Position numbers and translations under genes: made by a program
The notes under the pieces: model-generated
The model's input: only the letters and a program-made list of their open reading frames with translations
Database searches by the model: none
Told to the model about the DNA's origin: nothing
In this document: in pieces, positions 27,163 to 40,839 of the stretch
Position numbering within the stretch: position 1 is the first letter of the stretch
Layout of the letters: every line of letters begins with the position of its first letter
Origin: Utricularia gibba
Taxonomy: Eukaryota > Plantae > Magnoliophyta
Direction: 5' to 3'
Assembly (NCBI GenBank): GCA_002189035.1
Contig: CM007990.1
Location: forward strand, 3,472,001 to 3,536,000
DNA: 64,000 nt

Positions 27163-27479
27163 ATCCGCATCTCTGTCTGACGGCCACATATTGGCAATCC
27201 CCCTGTCCAAAATCGTTTCGACTGGAGCTCAATTTCTCGACCTAAATATGTTTAACAAAAAGAGATTTTCATTTTGCAGGTATACTGAAGAATGGAAAAA
27301 TAGATAAGCTAGTCCAAGTCCAAGTCCAAGAAGAAAAACATTTGATAATCCACCAAAAGTAACCCAACAATAAAAAAAGGTCAAGGAAAACAATCATAAT
27401 CAATTTACTAGAATTCAAAGTGAGAATTCAATATTAAATCAAGTCAAGCCAGATAGCAATATAACCATTATTACTTATT

Positions 27480-29050
27480 ATAGTAGACTACATTTTGTAG
27501 AAGATTGTTTCACTTGATTTATAACCGTTAGTTCTCTACAAGTATGTATTTTGGATGATATATGAAATATGCTAGCAAATTAATGTTTTCTTACTTTGTT
27601 CTACCTTCTCGATTGTCTTTCCATCTCCTATTCTTCCACTCACCTTCTTCTTTTTCTTAACAGTTAGCTAGGGAATATTGACAAGCTGCAACAAAGTGGT
27701 ATCAGAGCTATAATCGTAGTGCATGGGAAATAAAAAATTATCACTCAATCAATGATATCTCATCAAGTAGATGAATATTCTATGTATTCTCCCGATAACC
27801 ATGAAAATGATGAAGACCCTCAACCCACGGAGGATATGCATCAACATATTCAGGAATTAGCCACCTCTTTGAGGATTGGATAGAAAAACGCTTGGTAGAA
27901 TCGTTTGCAGTGTTTACACCTCAATTTCAAGCTATTTCACAACAATTTCAATCATTGGCACAAGAACGATCTATTCTAGAGCCAAGGAATTCAACTCGCA
28001 ATCAACAACCCATATCCCAGGGAAGGGCCATGCCAATGTATCAAAAATGACTTCACCTTCTTTTGATGGCACTAAACCAAGAGGAAAGATTTAGAGAATC
28101 ACTCAATTCTTTTGATTGGGTTGATTATGCTAGTGTATGCTTCACCAATGTGGCTGATGAATGGATTGCTAGCCATTTGGCTATAGAACAATGTCATTGT
28201 TGGGATAAATTTGTGAGATCTTTGGTATTTCACTTTGAATGACAGCTCACTAAATTTTGCAAGGTTAAGTAGACGTGTTCAATCTCAAAGTATTTGGATA
28301 AATATGATCATTATCGATCACAAATTACTCTTTTATTTCAGAAGACCACTTGAATTAGTGGGTTTAAGGAAAAAATTCAAAAAGCTATCAATGGCGCCAA
28401 ATTTCAAACTGTAGAAGAAATTATATGCTTTGTCCTTCTTAGGGAAGCAGAATATTTAACACTCTAACATCAAAATGCTTCTCTATCTCGTAAGAGTGGG
28501 TCTCGATTCTATCACAACTCTTAAAAGAGGCTACATTCCGGATGCCTTAGTTAAAGAAAGATGTTCATCAAACAACTATTTGAATGTGAAGAGCCCTTCT
28601 CTAAAGAGCATTAATGTTCACACAAACAACTATTTTAATTAGATGCTGACAAAGTGCTCTTGTAAACAACCAATGAGGATATGCACTCTAACACTTTAGC
28701 ATCTGCGTGCGAAGCAATTCCCTTGGAAACAATTTTGATTCATGCCATTTGAGGGAAAACCATGAAGAATACTAATAAGAACTAAAATTTCTATTTGACC
28801 TTGAATCAACTAGAAGTTTTCTTGACATGAACTTGGTGAAAAAATTCTACCTTTTATTGGTGCCCACGCACTTGATTCTAATTGAGCCAGGTGAATAATG
28901 ATCAATAAACCAATAGGTAATAAAAACTTTTTGATGGAGAATGGGGACTCATGAATTTTGCTTTGATTTCAAAATATTTGATTTTAAGAAAAATTATAGC
29001 ATGATGCTAAAGGGTAGTTTTCTCAGTGAATACGACTCCTTTAGAAGTTA
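27480..29050 (+). mobile_element. Decayed Ty3/gypsy (chromovirus-like) 5' portion
   Basis: An LTR end (GCAACA) is followed by tRNA-Met PBS TGGTATCAGAGC at 27697-27708. Gag remnant FDGTKPRG..QFF, a zinc-knuckle remnant and a protease-like LFDLESTRSFLD follow. Many stops. Confidence 0.75.
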
Positions 29051-29879
29051 TAAGACTATGACCTTTTGAATTGTTAAGAATGAGTGAACACTCACTTTTC
29101 CATGTCTGGTATACATGGCACCCATTTCACTCATTAATGGATCTCAAGTGACCCAACATGATCTACAACACCCCATGTGTTGGTTGGGTTATCTATATGC
29201 TTTAATGACTCCAGATGCATAGGCCAACCTTGGTTGAGGTTCCAGATATCCCATTATTTTTTACGTGCTCTTCTTTTGACAAGTCTGGTGTAAGACTAGA
29301 GGCCTTGTGATAATATTCTACATTGATTACAGATGTGAGAGAGGTTGTGGTTAAATAGAGGGATCTTTCTAATCTTATATGAGATTCTTCCCAAAAGAGA
29401 ATAAGGTAAAATTGTGAGAGTTGAGTATCTAAACAGATAATATTCTTGTTTTTCTTGATATTTTATTTGTTCCCATAGCTTTTGGGTTTATGCTAGTGAA
29501 TGGGCTTTTGATTTCTGATATCTTGAGTGGGTTTTTGATTTGTCAGAATTGGTTTTTATAGATTTGTGAGTAGGAATTAGATAAAGAATCAGATATAGAT
29601 TGGTTTGATGAAGGGAAAGATTATAATGAGCATTTCATTTGATTAATTATTGGACTATGAATTAATAGCTAGTTATGGATTAAAAATAAAAGCATTAGGA
29701 TTCTGCAGAAAAGTTGCATGAATTAAAGAAATTGCTCTAATTGCGATTTCTTATATTGTGGCCAACTATTTATTTTGCTTAAACCTTGTGTTATATATAT
29801 ATATTTTTTTGTATACATTGGATTCTGATAAGAACATATTGAAGTATTCTATTCCAAAGCAAATAAAGGAGTCTTCAAG

Positions 29880-30280
29880 ACTAGTCACTGATGTTAATAA
29901 CACTGCATTCGAAAAATTGAGGCTAAATTGAGATGTTTTTGGTAAGCTTTTCAAACTTATGTTCATGTATTCAGCATTGAGACCTACAAACTATGTTGAA
30001 GTGGAAGAGATGGTTGCAATATTTTTGGGAATTTCAGGGCTTCATCACAATATTCGAATTCAGAAATACTCCTTTCAAAAGTCGATTGAGACTATGCATC
30101 GATACTTTAAGAAATTTTTACAAGCAATTATTGCTCTTCATGAACTACTTTAAGCAAAATTTGAGCTTATGAATATTGAGGATGTATCTTCAACATTCCA
30201 ATTTTTTCCAAATTGTCATGGAGCCTTAAATAGTACATATATTAATATATTTGCAAAGGTAGAAGACCAAGCATAATATA
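29880..30280 (+). pseudogene. PIF/Harbinger transposase fragment
   Basis: VEEMVAIFL..SFQKSIETMHRYF (ORF 29959-30153), then FPNCHGALNSTYI (CLGALDGTHI-like). Confidence 0.75.
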
Positions 30281-31439
30281 TCTAATTCTACTAAATGATC
30301 AATGTATTAATGATCCTAACATTTGCTTATCAATAATCCTACAGTTTTAATATATAAGACTTATTTTATTATCATAATAAAGATAAAAAAAAAGCAAAGG
30401 ATCCTTAATGCGTTTCAATGAAAAACCTTTGAAAGAAAAAAAAACAAGACAAAAACAGTTGTCGAAAGAAAGTAAACATATCATTTCTTATTCAATAGCT
30501 TCTAAGTCTCATCATTTTTTAAGCTTCACCTCAAAAATAAGCAAGAAATGATGTTGAAAAAAGCAATGCTTTTGTCATTTCATTTATCCAAGGGTGTGCA
30601 CGAGCGAAGCCTTGATAAAATTAGGTATTGATATGTATAACACGTATAGTGTGCTTACACTTTTGGGACTCACGAATGAATTCATTAACAAATTTTGAAA
30701 CTTTTGATATTTCGCATATGCTTAATTTTTGCTTTTTATATGATTAGGGTGAATGCTTCATCCTATCCATTTCTACATTCTTCATAATTGAAATCTTCTT
30801 TTTTATTGCAAAAATTTCTCATAAACCCTTTCAAAGACAGTTAATTTTAAATATTTATTTTGACAATTTCACAACACATATTAGGGATATAAAACTTATT
30901 CATTTTTCAAAATTTATTTAATTTTTTTTATAATATTCCACTTTGAAAGATGTGTTTTATTTATTAGCAAAAAGTTCATAATCAGTCATGATAAAATAAT
31001 ATTTCTAAAAATCAATTACTTCGATTAATAATCGATAATTCGATTAATCTGAAATCGAATCAAATTAAATTTAGTTATGGGCTCACAATAATCACCCAAT
31101 CAATCTAGTAGCTGTCATGAACATCAGTTCCGTGTTTGAATAAGTACTGTCTAATCAATTGGAGTTATTTTGAAGAATAATCATCATATAATTACATAAC
31201 TTTATGAATCATCTCTTTTGGAATTTGTTCGAAAAATAATCATATTTTATAAATAAATAAATATATATATATATATATATTAAATTAGTAAAATATATAA
31301 TAATAATAATAATAATATATAAATTACATTGATTTTTTTAAAATGAATATAAGAGAGTATTATAAAAAAGTTATTAGATAACTAAATATTGTTCAAGATA
31401 AAAGAAACAAAATATAATTAATGCTATTCATTCTATAGC

Positions 31440-32140
31440 AACTACAAGACATCAACTATAGAAAATGAGAAATGATGGTTGGATAGTTTTTTTTGACAAA
31501 GTTGTTGAGTTTGGTAAAAATCATGATATTGATTTTTCAAATATGAATGAGACATATATCCCATGCAATGGACTAGGGCATCAACAAATTGAGTATTTTA
31601 CTATGAAAGGTACTTTCGAGTTGAAATATTTTTTGTTAGAATTGACATTCAATTGCATGAGTTAAGCCACATGTTCAATGATTATGTTATGGATATTATC
31701 AAGCTTATGAGTTCATTGATTCTAAATAAGAAGTTTCAATCTTTGGATGTCACTGAGATTTGTTGCTTAGTTGAAGTATATTACTTAGAGGATTTTAGCT
31801 CGTAGGAGATGATCAAATTGGATATCAATCTTTGAAAAAAAATAGGGACTATTACATATTTATGTCATTTGTTTGTTGTGACTAATTCACACACTAAGCA
31901 TATCTTCATTTATCAACTACTTTGTTTACTTGTAACTCTTCCAATTATAATGAGTACTATAAAATGTGCATTTTCTGCTTTGAAGAACATCAAGACAAGA
32001 TTACGGAATAAGATGAGAGATGATTTTCTTACCAACAATATGCTTATATATATTGAAGATGAACTTGCATACAAGTGTACTTATGATGATATTATGAAAA
32101 ACTTTAATAAGATAAATAAATGGAGAAGATATGTTTAGGT
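31440..32140 (+). pseudogene. hAT transposase 3' fragment (ZMYM1-like type)
   Basis: MRNDGWIVFFDKVVEF and hATC-like TLPIIMSTIKCAFSALKNIKTRLRNKMRDDFL..LIYIE. Confidence 0.8.
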
Positions 32141-32919
32141 TTTATTTAATATTTCACAATGTTTTAATATTGGAGATTATCTTAATACTTTTTACTATAT
32201 TTAAAAAAAAATTTATAATTTTTTTTATTAATTTCAAACTAGCACCCTCCAAAAATTTTTTCACAATTGGGCACTGGTTTCAAGTGACATGCAGCATCCA
32301 AAGACTCTTAGACATTGTCGAATTTTATGTAAACATCTAAAACACCTCATATAATAATGCATGATAAATACATTAAATTGTAATATTTTTAATTCCAACT
32401 AATATACCTTCTTGTGATAGATACATCAATTAAAACATATAGCATGAGAATGGATTATAATTACATTAAATTTCAAATCTTTAATTGCAAATAATGTATT
32501 TTCTTGTGATGCATGCATTTTCTAAAATAGTCCATCGGATTCAATGAAAATTGTATTGGCCCATTGGATGACTCAATGAAAATTGTTCCATGCAGCCCTC
32601 ATGAAAATAGGCCTATAAAAATGAATATGACAGACTTCATCCCAATTTATAAATAAAATGAGCCAAACTTATAAATAATTTGATATAAGACAAATTTCAT
32701 CGTTGCCCTAATTTGGATTTTAGAGGAGTCACGATCACAAGAATTCAAATACCTTGTTGCAGCAATATTTATCATTGTATAGTTTAAAATTTCAGTATTC
32801 TATATGTGGGTTCATAATCTAATTATCTCAATTTTTTTCCATTTTAATTATAGTTATTTTTACTTGTAAATTGCGTTTGAGTGTTGAATTCATATCGATT
32901 TTTTTTCATTAATGTTCAG

Positions 32920-33480
32920 GTCATGGAAAAAAGAAATACTCTTGATTTTTTTCAAACAAAAAAAGTGAAGATGATATTGATGAAGATTTTATCATAGTTC
33001 AATTGAAGTTGCAATATATGAAAAAAGAAGAAGAAAAGAGAGTGGAAATCAAATCTTTTGAAAGAAATCATGGACTACATCCACATATTTGAGAATATTT
33101 AAATAATCAATAAAATGGAATATGCAGAGTCTATTTGAAGTTCGAACATATGCAGCCAAAATTGATCAAGTACATAACTTTTTGCAAGTTAAGGTAACAC
33201 GTCAATTTCAACAATAATGGACGTGTTTATTTCTTTCTTTGCTTCCTATTCAACAAGAATGCACAAAAACGAGGAGGAACTCACATCTTTACAATATTTG
33301 GTTTCTTCAATTGTTAAAAGGTGAGTGATGCAAGAATTGTACCTTTTTAACTCAGATAGATTCTTATTTGTTAACTGAGCACAATAAGGCTTTACATGCT
33401 TGTCAAGCAATTAGGTGGCTTGCATTTCAACGATGTGCATTTCTAGTCATGATGACATCTATATCAACTAATCGAGGTAA
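32920..33480 (+). pseudogene. hAT transposase 5' fragment; probably continues at 39142-39720
   Basis: FERNHGLHPHI*EY..RVYLK (LERDPGLR..IWEY..RAYLK-like) and QAIRWLAFQRCAF...STNRGN (DUF4371-like). Confidence 0.7.
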
Positions 33481-34062
33481 TAGACACAATGCAATGACTC
33501 GATTATTGAGATTTTGATTAAGTTGTTTGTTGAGGAAGTTGATAGTGGCAATAGGCCCACATGGTCATTTTTTTGAAAGCCACATGACAAAGGATTATAT
33601 TTGAATTCAATTCACAAATTGGAAGGAATTATGATCATGGACAGTTCAAAAACAAATATGATAAATTAAAATCAAAGTGGAATGTATGGAAGTGATTATT
33701 AAATGAGACATGAGTTTGATGGAATGATGCGAAAAAAACGGTAACAATAGTTCTGGAATGGTGAATGAGTTATGTTAAGGTAACAATATATTTCAATGCA
33801 TGAAGATTATTTGGAGTGATGGCTTAATACTTGATGATGAATTATACTTATTTCATGAACAAGTTTATGACTTCTATAGAATTTCATCATATGCTTTTGG
33901 TGCTGACAACATTTGAAGAAAGAATAAATTTTTTGAAATATCAGCAACATATATGTTGTCCATGGCTAGAGTTTCTTTTTTTATTTTTAATCTGAAAATG
34001 ACTACTTGCTCATTGTTTTGCTTTTCGATGTTATATATATTTATTTTAATGAAACATTTAAA

Positions 34063-34065
<3 letters not shown>

Positions 34066-34103
<38 letters not shown>
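34066..34103. repeat. (AT)n microsatellite
   Basis: About 19 AT units. Confidence 0.9.
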
Positions 34104-34109
<6 letters not shown>

Positions 34110-34250
34110 GGAATTCATGGCAAGCAATGGAAATAGTTATATTGGATCCATTATCAAAATGCATGATTATATTAAAAAAAAAATGTTTTTTTTTCAATAT
34201 GATCCTAAGTACTGCAACTTATTTTGCAAACTTGATTTCAAAAACCCCAT

Positions 34251-34903
34251 TGATAGAGCACTAAACCGATTGTGCTACATGGGAATCGATGGAATATAGA
34301 ATTCAACACGTATCTTAAGAAGGTGGATAAAGGAAACTCAGATGTATTTCGGAAGAAAATGGAGCACCAAATCGTTTTAGATGAAATCGGCTGGGAAAAA
34401 TCTTAGAAAAATTCGGACAGCCTGCCGCAGGATGGTAGTCCAATAAGTGTAAGACCTGAGCTGCGGCAGCCATTTTGGTAGTCTGAAAAATAGTCAAATT
34501 ATAGGAATGTTAGCGTAGTCGACATTTATCTATCAATAGAATCATAGTACTGCTACTAGGAATCGAAAGTAGCCAATACTTGCAAAATTTGGTCGGATCG
34601 GCTGTATCTATAAGTATAAGGAAATTTGAGGAAGAAAGAGTTGAACTCTCTACACTTTGAATATGTACCCCCCTCTCTTGTCTATTAGTGAAACCCACAC
34701 CTTCGGTGACCTTCGATAGCTCCGTGGTTTTTCTGTCTTCCCGTGGTTTCCATGTAAAAATCTCTATCCATTTCTATTTCTTGCATCCACACAACAAACC
34801 TAAAGCCTGCATATCCTAAAATGGATTCAATCAGTTCAGTCTTATATACAACTCGAAATCAGTAAACCAGTTCTCATTGCCAATCCGGTTTACAACTGCA
34901 ACA
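34251..34903 (+). mobile_element. Solo LTR D2
   Basis: TGATAG...GCAACA termini, 653 bp, perfect TSD CCCAT; interrupts the Harbinger transposase; shares motifs with D1. Confidence 0.85.
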
Positions 34904-35373
34904 CCCATGTTGAACTAGGTCCACTCTCTGGTGAAGCTTACTTGAATGAAATGCTATCTAGAAATCCAATACATTGTTATGGTGAGCTGAGAATGGATCC
35001 TTCTATATTTTTTCGGTTATGTGAAATTTTGGAACAAAGGTATGAACTAAAGTCATTTGGAGCAATCAATATAATTAAGCAAGTAGTTGACTTTTTTATG
35101 ATTGTGGGGCATGGATCAACAAATCAACATGTGGCAGAGATTTTACAATATTCATGTAACATCAACACAACATCCTATTTCTATATCATCTTTTAATAGG
35201 TTCAATATTTGTTTTATATAAATTTGCAGGTTGGACAATAAGCAAATCATTTCATCGAGTACTAAATGCATGCATAAAGTTTTCCATGGTTTGGATATGA
35301 GTCTTTATTCCACATATAGTGATACAATCTTAAATAATTAATGATGATTGATATTACCCTTATTTTAAGGTAT

Positions 35374-36544
35374 TGATAAACGAAAAATATTGCAATATCG
35401 TTCATTTTCAAAATTTTCCTATCAAATAAAATTTATAAACCTAAATGAGCATAGTGGCTTAGGGTCCAACACAAAGAGCTATGTGCTTGCTATGTGAACA
35501 TCAATGCATATAATCAATGTCACGTTGATAGATTTGGTCTTAATTAGGACTAAAGTAGAGTTGCGATAAAATGCAGTAAAGAAAAGTGACAAAATTGTGA
35601 AATCAGTTGTATCTAAATGAGATGGGTGTGCCTTGGGACTCCTAGAGCTTACATATTTATCATTAAAATAACCTCACATACACTACAAATCATATATCTA
35701 ACAAGAAAAAGTCTAGGTCTACCCAAACTCTTGTTTTTCCTCTAATTTTTAGTCTACCTTTAATTAGGGTTGTTAAAATGAGTGTCACTACTTCCCCCTT
35801 CTGGATCTATCCTAGTTTGTTAAGGAATTGATATGATCTATGGTTAACAATGTCAAATGATTGATTAGTATATTGTACCCCTTTGGCCCCAAGGCACCAT
35901 TCTAAGTGCTTAGCCACTCATAACAAGGGAAAAGAAAGCATTTTCATAACATATTATAAGCAACATTTGGATTTGAAAGTTAAACGACAACATAGAATGC
36001 ATAACATAACATGAACTGTAAATTATTCACGTAGGAAAACTAGAGCTAGTCTCAACTCGGAACAATATCCTTCAAAAGTAGAAGAAATCTTCAAAGGAGA
36101 GGTTCGATCATGGTTTACTCTTTATATTCCTCCATGGTTCTGCGACTCCCTCCTACCAGATCTCCCCCTAGAAAATGTTTTTATTGTCTTCTTCAATTGG
36201 GAGATATTTTCCCTCTCTTAATTATTTTCAAAATCCTTTTCTTCTTTTCCTTGGGATTTGATTGTACTTCCTTTAGCTTTTTGTTAATATCCTCTACAAT
36301 TTCACTTTGCTCTTTTTGGCTCCTAGGGAATTGAATTGGTGGACAATTGTTGCATTGCTATAGGAAACAATTAAAATTGAGGTTGTGACTAAATCATAAA
36401 ATTAAGATTTAGTCTCAACTAGGAATAAAACACGTGATTGTAGTACTTGTCACAAAAGTATAGAAATTCATACTAGAACTTGAGTTTTGTGGCAAAATAT
36501 TAGACATTTTCCTACTCATAAACACTCAAAAATATGTGTTATCA
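35374..36544 (-). mobile_element. Solo LTR B2
   Basis: TGATAAA...GTTATCA termini, 1171 bp, TSD GGTAT/AGTAT; inserted at the apparent intron donor after YPYFK in the Harbinger transposase. Confidence 0.88.
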
Positions 36545-36765
36545 AGTATAAATGTATCAATTTACTCATATTTTGAAGTCCACTTAAATAATATTTCACA
36601 TGTTATAGGATTATGTTTGAGCTATTGATTTCATATTAATGCTTATTTTCCATCGGTGGAACCATAACAGAGGTAGAAAGGGAGTTACTCAAAATATAAT
36701 GGTTGCTTGTGATTTCAATTTTTGTTTTACATTTGCCTCACCTGGTTGAAATTGAGTAGCACGTA

Positions 36766-37873
36766 TGATAAACAAAAAATATTACGTCGCTAGATTGCAA
36801 ATTTTTCTATCAAATAAAATTTTTAATTTAATTCACTACCAATCATATGAAAAACAAAAGTATAGTGGACTAGAGTCAAACACAAGGAGCTAGTTGGTTG
36901 ATATATGAAAGTTAATGAAATCAGATTTTGTCACAGTTAAGAGATTTAATCTAAATTAATATTAACGCAGTTCAACGCTAATGTACAAAAAGATAGTAAA
37001 TGGGTAAAAGTAGATGTTTATGTAAAATAAAGGAAGGTGATGCATTGAAACACTTAGAGCTATGATGCTAATCACTACAACTATTCCACCCAAATCTCAA
37101 ATTATTCATCTAACAAGCAAAGTTTCAAGTATATCGAAACTCTTGTTTTTTTCTAATTTTTGATCTACCTCTAATTAGGGCTATTTATGATGAAATCTAC
37201 TACCTCTCCCTCCTCGATCTATCCTAGTTTATTAAGGAAGTAGAGTGATTAAGTGGTTGTATAATCTAGTGAATAATAAGCATGCTCATTTCCCTTTATC
37301 CTAAGGCACCTCTAAGTGCTTAGCCACTCATACTAAGGAAAACAAAAACACTTTCATTACATAAGAGGAAAACCATCTTCATTCTGAAGTTCAACAACAA
37401 TATAAAACACATAACATAAATATAAATGTTATATAGTTCTCGTGGAAAAGCTAAAACAATTACTAGCTATGAATAGTGTTCTTCATAAGTAGAAGAAAGC
37501 TTCAAAAGATAACTTAGATCATACTTTCATTTTCTTCAAATGGGGAGATATTTTTCTCATTCCTCACTATTTTCAAAATCCTTTTTTTGTCTTTCTTGAG
37601 ATTTGGTTGTACTTCCTTTAGCTTTCTATTCATATCCTCTACAATTTCACTGTGCTCTTTTTGGTTCCTAGGGAATTGAGTTGGCCGACAATTTCTATAT
37701 TGCTCCAAGAAACAATTAAAATTGAGGTTTGGGACTAAATCTATAAACTAGGAATAAAACATGCGATTGTAGTATTAATCACAAAAGTATAGAAATTCAT
37801 ACTAGAACTTCAGTTTTGTAGCAAAATATTAGGTATTTTCCTACTCCTAAACACTCAAAAATATGTGTTATTA
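36766..37873 (-). mobile_element. Solo LTR B3
   Basis: TGATAAA...GTTATTA termini (C to T at the end), 1108 bp; TSD ACGTA/ACATG (two transitions); removing it restores the AHD motif. Confidence 0.8.
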
Positions 37874-38566
37874 ACATGATTTGTTCTCAAAGAAAACATT
37901 GATGATCCTAATGTTTACTTTCACATATCATCTCATAGTATATAGCTAGCAATCACTTATAATTTAATTCATTCGTAATAATCAATTTTTTAAATATAGG
38001 TAAATATTATCAAGTGGATTCTGGATACATAAATACAAGAGGTTTTCTTGCACCATAAAGAGGATAGAGATATCATTTGTCTACCAAGAATTGAAAATGC
38101 AAAAGAAGCATTTAGTTATCACCATTCATCTTTTTGCTCGACCATTGAGAGGGGTTTTGGTATTTGGATGAAGTTCAAGCTCGTAAAAGATTATCCCCAC
38201 AACTTGACTTCAAATATAAGGTCAACTTAGTTCCTATAATTATGGCTATTCATAATTTTATTCAAATCAATAATAAAGAAGATAGCCACTTCAATGAGCA
38301 ATTGGATGAAGAAGGTCATGAAGATGATGAAGATAATGTAGATTATATGATTAATAATAATGTGAGCATGGATGTTATTCGAGATCGTATTTTTGCTACT
38401 ATTGATGATTAGTTAATAGTTTGATAAATATAGATGTTATACAATATGTTTTATTTAAATAAATTTATAAAGTATAATTGTTAGTAAATAAGGGTAAATA
38501 TTTACTTTACTTCTTATTTTTTTCTACTCCAAAATCAATTTTGGAGTGATTTTTTCAAACGTAGCC

Positions 38567-39141
38567 TAAGAGAGTTTAGTCAAGAATAACCATGAAAACA
38601 GAAACTGAAATGGAAAAGTAAAAGCTTTCTTCTTTCCTATGATAGAGAGGATAACAAAAGTAAAGTACGAAAAGTAAAGTGAAAAAATCTCATTTTAGGT
38701 GTTCCAAGTTTGATTTAATTCCCATCCTACGTGTCTTTGCTTCCTCTTCTCCTTTTCTATTATTCTTTATATCTTACTTGTGTAACTAGCTTTCCCATTC
38801 GTGCAAGTAAGCATTCAATCGTTACTATAGAATTTGATATGTTATTAGTCATGGGATCTTAATAGTGTCAGTCTTCTGGCCACAATAGATTTAAATGGTG
38901 TACAATGCACGAAATGTCAATGTTTTAATTCCTACAAGTATTCTACAATATTGTAAGATTGCTTTGTGCTAATTTAGGTGAAAACACATGAAAAACAACA
39001 TAAAAATATATACAGATAACATTAATTAGATTTTTCTAATAAATAAAATACTTATTAAATATAATTTCTAATTTAGTTATGTTAATCCTAAATTAACACG
39101 TAATAATACATAATAATTACATAAAAAAATAACACTTAATA
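38567..39141 (-). mobile_element. Truncated family-A LTR (one half)
   Basis: Homologous to about 2150-2682, ending ACACTTAATA; abuts the Harbinger TIR on the left and hAT RGQAY on the right. Confidence 0.7.
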
Positions 39142-39720
39142 GAGGTCAAGCATATAATGCTCGTACCAATATGACAGGTTTATTAAATGGTTTGCAAGTA
39201 CTTTTTCTTATTAATTGTCCTTATGCATATTATGTGCATTGTTATTCTCATTGATTCCAACTTGCTTTAGTTGGAGCTTCAAAGGAGGTGTTTTCAATTT
39301 ATACATTTTTTCGCAATCTCAATTTCATTATAAATGTGGTAAATCATCAGCAAAACAATATGGATAATTGAGACAATATCAATTAGAATTGGCTCAAAAG
39401 TTAGCAATGAATAAACTTGAGATAGGCCAAGTTACAAATCAAGTTGGCTCATTACAATACGAGCTTATTATTTGATTGGTCTTCTTCGTTTACTTATCAC
39501 TCTTCTAGTTTCTATACCTAGTGATAAACATACATTTTCATCTTTGAAGATTATCAAGACAAGATTACATAGTAAAATGAAATATGATTCTACAACAGAT
39601 AGTTTATTAATTTACGTCGAAAGTTAAATTGCATAAAAATATAATTATGATGATATTATTAAAGACTTCAAGAATATGAAGAAACGTAGAACAAATATAT
39701 AAGATGTAAGTATTTTTTAA
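39142..39720 (+). pseudogene. Internally deleted hAT transposase fragment
   Basis: GQAYNA..NGLQVLFLINCPYAYYVHCYSH*FQLALV, then hATC-like SSLKIIKTRLHSKM..LLIYVE. Confidence 0.78.
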
Positions 39721-40030
39721 TATATCTTTTTATATTTATTATATATAATTGTAATTTTTATCCTCTATTAACATGGTCAAAAAGATCCTATATCATATTT
39801 CTTCCATAATAAATCTTGTTTATTTTATTGCATCATGTTAAAATGTAGATATTAAACCTAGAATTTGCGGCAATCGAAAGTTGTTCATATTTCTCGCAAT
39901 AAAATGCAACAAAGTACACGTGTAAAATATAATATTCTTCACAATGTAAATGACCCATCATTTGCACTTTGTGGTTTATTTACAATGGTTCTAGAATATT
40001 TCATTATAAATGATGGTGCTGAAAATCAAC

Positions 40031-40596
40031 ATTGTATGTGAAAATATTGAAATGTATTCAATGATGAAATTCAAAGGCAGAGATTGGTGTAAATCCATGG
40101 GAATGAATTGGAAGAATTGGTTAAGGGATGTAAATCAATCCTAGAGCCTAAATCGACTGAATAAGGTAGGAATAATGGATCCAACTAGAAATAACAATTC
40201 GATTCAAAAGTTCTCGGTAAATCGGTTACACATCTAGAGAGGGACAAGAAGGAGATAATGTCAGCCTACATCTGCTAGCGGATAGTCTGAAAGGCCATCG
40301 ATCTGCATAAATTCAGAACATAAGACGATTATCTATCATCAAAACCATAAATAAAGATCATGCAAATCTTGATAATTGTAGAAAATAGCTAACCCTCTCA
40401 AAATCAATCAATTGGGATTTTTATATAAATAGGAACCTAGTTTTGAAGAATGGAGACTATATCCATTGCAAACCTTGTAATTCTATTCATTTATCTTAAT
40501 GAAGTCATTTTCTTAAGTAAATTCTTGTAGTTAGACAGCTTTTTGTTATGACGATTTTTAAGTAAAAATTTTTTTGTCCCCATTACGTTGTTAACA
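40031..40596 (+). mobile_element. Probable degenerate solo LTR
   Basis: TATA (TATATAAATAGG) followed by a CTTGTAA..AATGAAG R-region pattern; no clean TSD. Confidence 0.45.
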
Positions 40597-40839
40597 TGAA
40601 CCTTTTTCTATACATATCAATGAAAGAAAGATAAATATTTCATGCAATTTTTACAAATAATGGAGTTAATCAATTCGGAAATTATTATTCTAATATTCGT
40701 GTAATCAGCACGGGCCAAAAATGAAAGTGGACGAAAGAGGGAAATGATTGATACCACCGCACTGAGCACAAATCCTCCAAACATTGCAAAACCAAATCCT
40801 CCAACAAGCACAAGGTGTAAGATAAATAAATACCAGCAT

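Larger units (their letters stand above)
33480..38566 (+). mobile_element. PIF/Harbinger element, left end lost: Myb/SANT ORF remnant plus transposase split by solo LTRs D2, B2 and B3
   Basis: Myb-like FKNKYDKLKSKWNVWK..WNDAKKTV (33600-33780); transposase ELRMDPSIFFRLCEIL, RGRKGVTQNIMVACDFNFCFTF..AHD, HSSFCSTIERGFG, IMAIHNFI. Right TIR TTTTTTCAAACGTAGCC is followed by TAA. Confidence 0.8.

Noticed and set aside
35374-37873. B2 and B3 as the two LTRs of one tiny TRIM/LARD-like element
   Set aside because: Each has its own TSD, and the 221 bp between them is Harbinger transposase (RGRKGVTQNIMVACDF) with no PBS or PPT.
40695-40730. Helitron 3' hairpin CGTG..CACG
   Set aside because: No CTRR terminus follows and no 5' TC end was found; it is within the CBF5 3' region.
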